Below, in pieces: positions 34,436 through 44,454 of a stretch of 44,454 nt of DNA. Positions within the stretch are counted from its first letter, which is position 1. Each line of letters begins with the position of its first letter. The notes beneath the pieces are model-generated. The model worked only from the letters and a program-made list of their open reading frames with translations, was not told the DNA's origin and did not search any database. Location: the NCBI RefSeq assembly GCF_001194135.2, contig NC_068989.1:3087315-3131768 (forward strand), written 5' to 3'. The stretch is from Octopus bimaculoides. Its lineage: Eukaryota. The translations under genes and the position numbers were made by a program.

Positions 34436-34730
34436 ATTCAGTGTTACTGCTTTCCCCCACCTCTCTATCATCGTCATCATCCGTTTACCCTCCCCGCCAC
34501 CCAATAATATCCATTAGTGTAATTAATATCATCGTATCACCCTAAATACCAGCCCCTTTTTGTATCTTGTATCCCATTATCTTACGTATTCGTCTCTCTT
34601 CCTCACTGTTAATCCCTTCACCACCACCAACACCACCACCATCATTACAATCCTCTACTTCATCCATCTTACCACTACCACCGCCACCACCGCCACCACT
34701 GCCATCACCACTGCCGCCATCCTCATCATC

Positions 34731-34761
<31 letters not shown>

Positions 34762-35087
34762 TCATCGTCATTGTCAACACCACCACCACCACCATCATCG
34801 TTGTCATCGTCATCATCATCATCATCACCACCACCACCATCATCATCACCACCACCACCATCATCATCATTGTCATCATTAACCCCACCACTACCACTAT
34901 CAGCAACACTATTCCGTCATCAATCTTAAACTTTTATGCCTCACATATACAAACCACGAATTTGTCATCAACAATCGCTTTTCCTGTCTGCAACTATCAT
35001 TTTCTGTCATCATCATCATCATCACTATCATCTTTTCACACTTATTTTACTCCATCATCACCACCACCATCATCATCACCAACATTG

Positions 35088-35126
<39 letters not shown>

Positions 35127-35226
35127 CCATTATATCACCATCACCACTACCACCACCATCACTACTGCCCCACCACCACTACCACCACCACCATCATCAT
35201 CATCACCACCATCATCAACATCATCG

Positions 35227-35257
<31 letters not shown>

Positions 35258-35290
35258 TATCGTCGTCGTCATCGCGACTGTCATCATTCT
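34150..35290. repeat. (CAT)n/(CAC)n/(TAC)n compound low-complexity field
   Basis: Directly visible. Confidence 0.95.
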
Positions 35291-35749
35291 TTCAACCCAC
35301 AACCCCGTCATCACTTGCCACTTGCCTTCCTCTTCCATGTTCACTTCCAAACGTAAACAATTAAATAAACGGGAACAAACCAAAATGTTACAAAACTGAA
35401 AATACGATAAAGGTCAAAATCCTTGCTGGAAAAGTTCAGTGGCGGAGGAACGGAATGAACTCTCATGGCTGTGCCGGACAAAATAGAGATATTTTGGCAA
35501 GAAAACAGACCAGGTCCAAATATAGAGCTAACTTGGAATATTTGTGCCAATTGTGTGACATCTTGATTGAAATCTTAAATCTCTTCAGCTGTTAAGCAGA
35601 TTGATCAAATCCTACAGATATACCCTGCAAAGAGTAATTACCTCTGTACCATCTCTCTCTCTCTCTCTCTTCCTCTATCTCTCTCTCTCCCTCTCTCTAT
35701 TCCTCTCTCTCTACAGCTATCCATGTAATCATATATATGTGTACATGTG

Positions 35750-36035
35750 TGAAGATGCATGGCCTAGTGGTTAAGTGTGTTGGACTCATGAGTGCAGGAT
35801 TGTGGTTTCGATTCCCAGACCGGCTGCACATTGTGTTCTTGAGCAAAATGTCCCGTTTCACATTGTTCCAGTCCACTCAACCATAAAGGAGTCACCCTGC
35901 AATGGAATAGCCTTCTGATCAGGGGCAATGTCGGCCTGGTCCCCTAGCCAGCAGGGTGGCATCACTCGAAAGCTAAAACGAAGCAAAGTGCATTGTGAGC
36001 AGCGATGTATAACAACATCCAATAGTCTGGTCGAT
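35750..36035 (+). mobile_element. tRNA-derived SINE
   Basis: A box tggcctagtgg, B box gtttcgattccc; homologue at 9425-9600 (-). Confidence 0.75.
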
Positions 36036-36134
36036 ACTAGAGGCAAAATGGCCGAGCTCCTTTTGAGTGTTGGGCCTCACGGAGGCAATGACCAAGACCT
36101 TTGCCATTATGTATATATACACGCACACACACGT

Positions 36135-36302
36135 GTATAGCACCCACTACACTCTCGGAGTGGTTGGCATTAGGAAGGGCATCCTGCTGTAGAAACTCTG
36201 CCAGATGAGATTGGAGCCTGGTGCAGCCTTCTGGTTCGCCAGTCCTCAATCAAATCGTCCAACCCATGCTAGCATGGAAAGCGGACAATGATGATGATGA
36301 TA
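36135..36302 (+). mobile_element. SINE-like family B, plus copy with (GAT)n tail
   Basis: agcacccactacactctcggagtggttggc…catgctagcatggaaagcggac; the 3' end is nearly identical to 17120-17187. Confidence 0.8.
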
Positions 36303-36340
36303 TATATATATATATGTCTGTATATATGTATGTATGTATG

Positions 36341-36376
<36 letters not shown>

Positions 36377-36798
36377 ATANNNNNNNNNNNNNNNNNNNNN
36401 NNNNNNNNNNNNNNNNNNNNNNNNNNNNNNNNNNNNNNNNNNNNNNNNNNNNNNNNNNNNNNNNNNNNNNNNNNNNNNNNNNNNNNNNNNNNNNNNNNNN
36501 NNNNNNNNNNNNNNNNNNNNNNNNNNNNNNNNNNNNNNNNNNNNNNNNNNNNNNNNNNNNNNNNNNNNNNNNNNNNNNNNNNNNNNNNNNNNNNNNNNNN
36601 NNNNNNNNNNNNNNNNNNNNNNNNNNNNNNNNNNNNNNNNNNNNNNNNNNNNNNNNNNNNNNNNNNNNNGTGTGTGTGTGTGTGTGTGTGAATGAAACGT
36701 TGATACAGGATGCAACAGATGGTGGGTATTTTGTATAGATGTGTGATTTGTGTGATTATAAAGGAAAGAAAAAAAGGTAGAGAAAATACATGGACAAT

Positions 36799-36850
<52 letters not shown>

Positions 36851-38760
36851 GAGAGAGAGAAGGGAGAGCGAGAAGGGAGAGAGAGAAAGAGAGAAGTGGG
36901 GAAGAGAATGTAAAAGAATGATAGATAGATGGGAACGGAAAGTATGTGAGACTAAATATAGCTTTTGAAATTTATTTATAGAATTAAAAGTTGGAAGAAA
37001 GTTAGTAACAAGTCTTCTGACACATTTTGGCAGGAAACAGTAATTGCTCCCTTTCTTAGAGACAACCATAGAACTTTTTGCTGTTTCTTATTTGACCGGA
37101 ACCTGTCTATTATATCTTAAGTGTTAGAAAAACTTGATTCAACAAAGTAAATTAGCTGCCTTTTTTTGTTTGCAACCATTTCTTCACTCTTTTATTTTCT
37201 TCTCTCTTTTGTAACTTTCTTTTTTCTTGTGTATTTTTCTTCTCTTTTAATCCTTTTTTCTTCCTCAAACACTCCTCGTTATTTTTCTTTGACATCTTAA
37301 AAGGGAAAGGCAAAAGAAGACAAGGGAAAGAAAAACAGAATGAAAGTAAAGGAAGGAAGACAGTTCTAGAAGAGGTTTGGTGGTTAAAGAATTCAAAGAC
37401 ACCTTCTGCTTGAGTAACAATGGTTAAAAAAAAACCTAGTGTTAACACAGTCAGTGCATGCCATTGGAGCATGTTTCTTTTTTTTGTAGCGCTGGACAAT
37501 GGACTGTGAGCAGATTTGGTTGTCATAAACTGGAAGAAGCCCTTTGGGTGCATGTGTTTGTGTCTGCATGAGTGTATACATACATATGTACATACATACA
37601 TACACACACACAAGCACACATGTACACACATACACACACATGATGGATTTCCATACAGTTTCCATCAACCAAATTCACCATCAAGGCATTGCTAAGCTTC
37701 AGGCTGTAGCAGAAGCCACTTTCTGAGTTCAAATTCCACCAAGGTCGACTTTGTCTTTCAGCCTTTCGGGGTTGATAAATTAAGAACCAGTTGTATACTG
37801 GGATCGAGCTAATCCACTGGCCTCTCCCTCCCACCAAAAAATATTTCAGGCCTTGTGCCTAGAGTAGAAAAAGATATGACTAGTTTGAATACAAAAGAGT
37901 TAATCCAAAAGTGAGTATCTCCCTTACAATAATTATCTCTCTAGACACAAACCACTTAATCAGTGTTTCTTTAAAATCCTCAACAAAGTGGGCCAATGGC
38001 TGGTTATAACTCACCAACAAGATCCAGCGAGTCCGTAACATATCTCTAGCTGTTTCTTTGCCAGATAACAAAGATCAGATTTTTCTCTAAGCATATAAAT
38101 ATTAATTTTCTGATGATATTCTTAATTTCTTGAAATCACACCACCCTAACTGTCTTTTATTTTCTTTTATTTTTTTTTCTTGAGAGTTACTAACAATTAC
38201 AGCTAAGTTTATTTTCTGTTTTTGTTTTTTTTTTTCTTTTGGCTATTCAGAAGAAAATGTCAGCTGAGAAATTTGAGCATGTGTCACTTAGTACAACACC
38301 TCTGACTTCATTGGCAGCTGTGGTGTTAGAAAAACTGTGACGTTAATGATTTTATTATGTAAGTGCTCGTTAAGGGGTTTTAGACATCTCTTGTTATTCA
38401 TATCATGTTCAGTTTAAAGTTGTAAGCTACTTACTGAACATAAAGGTAATTCCTGATTGAATATGTATACATGTGTGTGTGTGTGTGTGCATGGACAAAT
38501 TTCTTCAATAAATATCAAAGAACTGGCACTGAGATTAATTTGGCCACATCTCCCTGCAGGAGTGAGCTGGGATGTCTTAAAATATGAATAAAAGTCTTTT
38601 ACAAGGTAATGTTTTTTGAAGTTTAACATGGCTTATGCTTAGCGTGGCCATTACCAAATTTCCTTCCAAAAGTACATTATGTATATGGTCATCATCATCA
38701 CCACCATCATCATCGTCGTCGTCATCATCATCATCGTCATCGTCATCATCATCACCACCA

Positions 38761-38795
38761 CTGGGTTCTCATTCCTAAGGTATTTTTCGATGTTG

Positions 38796-38838
<43 letters not shown>

Positions 38839-38915
38839 CCAGGTCACTGCCTGGAATCAAACTCAGAATCTTGGGGTTAGTAGCCTGTGCTCTTAACCAC
38901 TACGCCATATGCCCG
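38761..38915 (-). mobile_element. Family H SINE copy with intact tRNA-like head, truncated before the hammerhead domain
   Basis: Reverse complement gggcatatggcgtagtggttaagagcacaggctactaaccccaagattctgagtttgattcc + (AAT)n + catcgaaaaataccttaggaatgagaacccag. Confidence 0.85.
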
Positions 38916-39659
38916 TGTAACTAATGTAAATAATGTCCATAATTCCTCATCTCTTAAACATGGAACTGTGTTACAGGCCAGCAGTTACGCTTTCGTATTT
39001 CTCCTGAAGACGGTTAGTCATACTAAGACCACGATGATAAAGACCCCCAGTAATTGAAATGGTAAATTCCCCCCATTGCTTGAGGGTCAGGTGTAACATA
39101 TTAAAGAAAAAAAAATACCTAAAACAACCTATAATTATCTTACCTCACAGATAGTCATAGGAGCGGGGGTGGTGGTGGTGGGGGTGGGGGATTAAGCTCG
39201 TTAAGCCTTTAAGCACTTAACAGCAAACATACTTTCACACACTACATTATCAATCTCTCTCTCTCTCTCTCCTCTGCTTTTGTCTTCTCATTCCCCCTCT
39301 CTCTCTTTCTCACCCCTCCCTCTTATATATAAATGCATTTATATATACGTGTGTGCACACACACGTATATCTATATCTATACCTGTATATACGTATCTAT
39401 ATCTATATATACTTTTATCTTTAACCTTTTAATTCTGTCAGTAATTAGACTGTGGTCATGCTGGGGCACCACCTTGAAGAATTTTTAGTCAAATGAATTG
39501 ACACAAGAACCTTTTTTTTTTAAGCCTAGTATTTATTCTATCAGTCTCTTTTGCCAAACTGCTAAGTTATGGTGATGTAAACAAACCAACACCAATTGTC
39601 AAGTAGTTGTGGGCGAATTGTTGTATAGTGAAACTGTATACCCCTCCCGGTAAAGAGTT

Positions 39660-40014
39660 TTTGCGGAAGGTTTAGGCTGTTGCACAAAAACAAAAGTAAG
39701 GATTGCTATCAAAAAAAAATTCAACACCTATTTCCAGATCCGATTATGCCATTTGCGGCGGTAGACCGGGTCAATAAAGAACTAGAAAAGTTGGATAGCC
39801 TGAATATAATTGATAAGAATGACCACGCAGAGCACGTTAAAAAAAAATAATAATAAGCTAAGTGTGTGTGCAGACTTCTCAATCGGATTAAACGGCTGTT
39901 TACTCACACACAATTACCCACTACGAAGCCCACAAGAAGTATTTGCTAAACTAAATGGAGGGGAAAATTTTCTCAATGTTAGACCTCTCAGAGATGTACC
40001 TTCAAATGCAGGTG
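39660..40014 (+). mobile_element. Frameshifted Ty3/gypsy LTR-retrotransposon pol (reverse transcriptase N-terminal) fragment
   Basis: Manual translation across frameshifts: FAEGLGCCTKTKV…MPFAAVDRVNKELEKLDSLNII…KLSVCADFSIGLNGCLLTHNYPLRSPQEVFAKLNGG/KIFSMLDLSEMYLQM, matching the gypsy RT motifs C.D…LN…YPLP…FS.LDL…Y.Q. Confidence 0.85.
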
Positions 40015-40289
40015 ACCTCGTTTCTGTTTTTTTTTTTCAGATGTACCTCATATCAAAGATTTTTTTTTTTCTAATACTTTCTTGAAAGTACTCATCATTC
40101 CCAGAAGAGTGAAAGCTAGAACTGACCTCAAGGAACCTTAAACTCAGAAATTATCTGAAGAGACATGATGGAATTCTTCAAAGAATATTCTTTGACAGTT
40201 TACCAATCCTGTTAACTTTCTTCTCTGTTAGTGATTAGAATGGCGCTGGATGCAGACCCTGATTATGAGAATGATTGGAGATGCAGCAG

Positions 40290-40341
40290 CTGATGAGGGA
40301 GATGATGACGATGATGATGGTGATGATGATAATGATGGTGG

Positions 40342-40375
<34 letters not shown>

Positions 40376-40391
40376 AATGATGATGGTGATG

Positions 40392-40423
<32 letters not shown>

Positions 40424-41370
40424 GATGATGGTTATAATAATAATAATGATGATGATGGTGATGATGATGATGATGATAATCACAGTGATGATGAAGATGA
40501 TGTTTACAAAAATAAACGGACAGTCATAAATTTGATGATGCCAGCAGATATCTGCATGATGACAACTACATCATGGGAATTATGATGCTGATGCTGCTGG
40601 TGTGTGGTGGTGGTAACGTCATTGCCACCACCACCACCACCACCACTACTACCACCTCCACCACCAACAACAACAACAACAACAGCAGCAACAACAATGA
40701 TGATGCTGCTACTGATGATGAGTGGACAATGAAAACATCCCCAGCAGAGATGCCATTGACAACTGGAAGCCTCAAAGTGGTAGCTCGAGCTGCTGGAAAC
40801 AGCTGTCAAATGTCCCTCGAATTAAAACCTAACCTCTTAAACAAAGCAGGACTCAGATATATTATATCAAATAATGAGAAAAAAGAAGTCAATGACCAGC
40901 GTTGGCGCGGCTGAAACGAATGCCTTTGATCATAGGCCTCCTGGTCAGTTGAGGCTGGCCAAACAACAAGAACGCTAACAGTAGCAGTGATGATGATGGT
41001 GATGATGATGATGATGATGACAACGATGATGATGGAGATAACAATGACAATGACAGTGATGATGATGATGATGACAACGACGATGATGATTATTATTATT
41101 ATTATTATTATTATTATAACAACAGCAATAATGAAGATGATGATGACGATGATGATGACGACAGCAACAATAATAATGACAATGATTATAACGACAACGA
41201 TGATGACGATGAAGATAACAATGATGATGATGATAATGATGATCATGAATGGACAGCAACAGCAAAAAAAAGGAGGGAAAAAAACAATGATGACATTTAC
41301 AGTAACAAAACTATGAAACACAATAATGAAAATGGTGATGATGGTGATGATGATGATAATAATGATGACA
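40290..41370. repeat. (GAT)n/(CAC)n/(CAA)n/(ATT)n low-complexity field with an embedded family X copy (40765-40975)
   Basis: Directly visible. Confidence 0.9.
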
Positions 41371-42108
41371 AGATTCTAATGACTCCAGTGTTAATTAAAA
41401 ACGTCTGAGTAAACACTGACAAAACAATATATCATTGGAATATCCAAGAGTTTTGGTCAACATTTTCCAAGAATCTCTTGGTTACAGTCAACAAACTTTC
41501 ATAAAAGCCAACAAAATTACCCACAATGCAAACAGAAATCCAGCTGTAAATAACATCCACCAACCCACCCGCCCANNNNNNNNNNNNNNNNNNNNNNNNN
41601 NNNNNNNNNNNNNNNNNNNNNNNNNNNNNNNNNNNNNNNNNNNNNNNNNNNNNNNNNNNNNNNNNNNNNNNNNNNNNNNNNNNNNNNNNNNNNNNNNNNN
41701 NNNNNNNNNNNNNNNNNNNNNNNNCATGCATATCATATTTCGCATTCACACAACATGGACATGCATTCACATGCACATATGCACAATGTACGCACGTCAT
41801 AACCAGTGACAAAATATATCTTCTCACATTCAGTTAGCTGTGTGCGTGTGTGTGTGTGTGTGTGTGATGTTACTGGTGTTGTTGTTGTTGGTGGTGGTGG
41901 TGATGGTGATGGCGGTGGTGAAAAGGCAGAAGAGATATGGGCAGGGATGGGCATGGGCTTGCCGCTGTATTTACAACAGGCCTGGACATTCAACATGTAC
42001 GCATATGTATTTTCATATATGTGTGCGTGCGTGTATTTGAGTGTTTGAGTGTGTGCGCATACATACATGTATATGAATATTATATATATGTACATCTATA
42101 CATGTATG

Positions 42109-42189
<81 letters not shown>

Positions 42190-42734
42190 GCATATATGCA
42201 TGCAATCACATACATAAAACATACAAACAGATGTGGTGTTAATATAAATTCTCATATCTATGTATATCTGTATTTTCATGTTGTGTTTGTGTGTGTGTGT
42301 GTGTTTCTTTCTCATGTGTGGGTGTATGCAATCAACAGGATTTCATGGCACATGTATACACATTCAAATAAATGCATATTCAACACGCTAATACACACAC
42401 ACACACATGAATCGTGTAAATTATTCCACTATGACCCAATCAATTGCTGTTTTTGTGATAATAATTCAACTAACCAATCAGTATGTCTTCCATGGAGCAA
42501 TGTATTCAATGTGAAACTCTCTTCTCAAGAAAATACAAACTTTACCAAGGTTCACACCATTGTAGCCTACTTCTCCTGAGAAGTTTCAAATCTCTGTTCA
42601 GTTCAATTTACAATATTGATATCAAATTGTGCCACATGGCTAGCAATTTTGCAGGAGAAGTTGATTACTTTGACCCCAGCACTCAACTTTTGTCTTTTAA
42701 AATCTCCCAACGAGAGATATTCAGCCACAGTACT

Positions 42735-42990
42735 TTGGGGTAAAGATTATTTGCCAACATAACATGGCAGTCTTGGTTTAGGACGAATGAAGGGAAATAA
42801 CCTGGAAATCACGATACACAGATATTATTTTGAGCTGAGTGGGGGTGTTAGTCTCCCTTGTTCGAAAATATAAGGACACAGATCATGTCGTATAGCCAGC
42901 TGAAGACGATGTCTCCTGGGGCTAAATTACAGCAACATTCATCCTAAACCAGGACTGCCATGTTATGTTGGCAAACAATCTTTACTCCAA
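42735..42990. mobile_element. 256-bp element with 55-bp inverted terminal repeats (MITE-like or foldback)
   Basis: 42735-42789 vs reverse complement of 42936-42990: 51/55 identical. No target duplication evident. Confidence 0.6.
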
Positions 42991-43837
42991 GACAGAAGCT
43001 GGAAGAAACTGTTTTAGTGCTGTTGATTCAATGCATACTCTCGGCTGGGCTCAGTTATCCAACATTCCCCTTTCTTTAAATTTGTAGAATGGGATATAAT
43101 GAAGATTTAGCTGCTATTCCTAGCAGCTTGAGCAACCACGTAGAGGCTCACTAATTCACTAATCAACTGGCTGTTGTTTTTCTTGTTTATCCTTGATTAA
43201 GGTGAGGGTTGAGATAGGTGTGGCGATGGTGATGGCAGTGGTGGTGGTGGTGGCAGTGGTGGTGGTGGTGGTGATATTGAAGGTTGAGTTAAGTATGGGT
43301 GGCGGTGGTGGAGGTGGTGAGGGCGGTGGTGGTGGTTGTGGCAACTGTGATGGTGGGGGTGGTGATGATTGTTGTGGTAGTGGTGGCAATTGTGCTGGTG
43401 AAGGTCGAGATAGGTGTGGTGANNNNNNNNNNNNNNNNNNNNNNNNNNNNNNNNNNNNNNNNNNNNNNNNNNNNNNNNNNNNNNNNNNNNNNNNNNNNNN
43501 NNNNNNNNNNNNNNNNNNNNNNNNNNNNNNNNNNNNNNNNNNNNNNNNNNNNNNNNNNNNNNNNNNNNNNNNNNNNNNNNNNNNNNNNNNNNNNNNNNNN
43601 NNNNNNNNNNNNNNNNNNNNNNNNNNNNNNNNNNNNNNNNNNNNNNNNNNNNNNNNNNNNNNNNNNNNNNNNNNNNNNNNNNNNNNNNNNNNNNNNNNNN
43701 NNNNNNNNNNNNNNNNNNNNNNNNNNNNNNNNNNNNNNNNNNNNNNNNNNNNNNNNNNNNNNNNNNNNNNNNNNNNNNNNNNNNNNNNNNNNNNNNNNNN
43801 NNNNNNNNNNNNNNNNNNNNNNNNNNNNNNNNNNNNN

Positions 43838-43891
<54 letters not shown>

Positions 43892-44380
43892 TGTGTGTAT
43901 GTGTGTGTGTGTGTGTGTGTGTGTTTTGTATATGGATATATATGGAAATGTGAGTTTATATCTGAGTATGTGCTTACCAACATGTTTGGAAGTGCTTAAA
44001 AATGTGTATGCTTATGTGTATATATATGCAAAAGATGATGTACTTGCATGTATGTATATATGTGAATGTGTGGGTCTTGGTGTGTATGTATGTGTGTGTG
44101 TTTATATGCATATACATATGTATACACACACACACAAACATATATTTATATATATTTCATATATATATATATATATGCATGTGTATATATGTATGTCTGA
44201 ATGTATATGTATGTGTATGTATTTGTATGTATATAAATATATTATATATATACATGCACACACACACAAATATATATGTGCAAGTGTGGTGTGTGCATAT
44301 ATATGAATATGTATGTAAGGTTTTATATTCACATACACAAAAGCATAAAAAATACGTGTATATATACAAAGATATATATT

Positions 44381-44454
<74 letters not shown>
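43838..44454. repeat. (GT)n/(AT)n/(CA)n compound microsatellite field
   Basis: Directly visible. Confidence 0.95.

Larger units (their letters stand above)
971..43837. other. Assembly gaps (N-runs): 971-1309, 2409-2767, 6386-6655, 9774-10399, 14307-14643, 19142-19989, 21953-22263, 34234-34243, 36380-36669, 41576-41724, 43423-43837
   Basis: Directly visible. Most gaps abut microsatellites or low-complexity tracts, as expected for a short-read assembly. Confidence 0.99.

Noticed and set aside
478-44454. Long ORFs rich in YI, CV, HT, poly-H/T/V/M/D/S/I or X
   Set aside because: Translations of di- and trinucleotide arrays or N-gaps; open in several frames and on both strands.

Overview
Repeat-saturated animal genomic DNA from a gapped draft assembly (11 N-runs, about a tenth of the window). 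The SINE families, (AT)n/(GT)n/(CAT)n/(AAT)n arrays and Dong/R4-type LINE debris are what I associate with a coleoid cephalopod, probably Octopus; this is inference from repeat recognition, not a database hit. No intact host gene is recognisable. Nearly all ORFs in the supplied track are translations of microsatellites or N-gaps. Real coding relics: R4/Dong-clade non-LTR fragments (zinc knuckle plus restriction-like endonuclease; minus strand 25270-26930, plus strand ~11360-11530) and a frameshifted Ty3/gypsy RT fragment (~39660-40014). DNA-transposon MITEs: Tigger/pogo-like 11560-12030 and mariner-like 24397-24618. Best lead: a ~295-bp tRNA-headed SINE (33268-33562, minus, 13-bp flanking direct repeat) whose 3' part carries a minimal type I hammerhead-ribozyme motif of the kind known from Penelope-like elements. 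Other copies show inverted terminal duplications (77-177, 38923-38936). Other leads: a fully paired 33-bp hairpin (28649-28718), a candidate 8-nt microexon with textbook splice signals (24035-24042), an RFX X-box (27901-27914), a co-oriented cluster of ~11 copies of one ~200-bp repeat (3047-7850), and several weak + strand exon candidates suggesting the window may lie within long introns of a gene. Family labels A, B, D, F, H and X are my working names.
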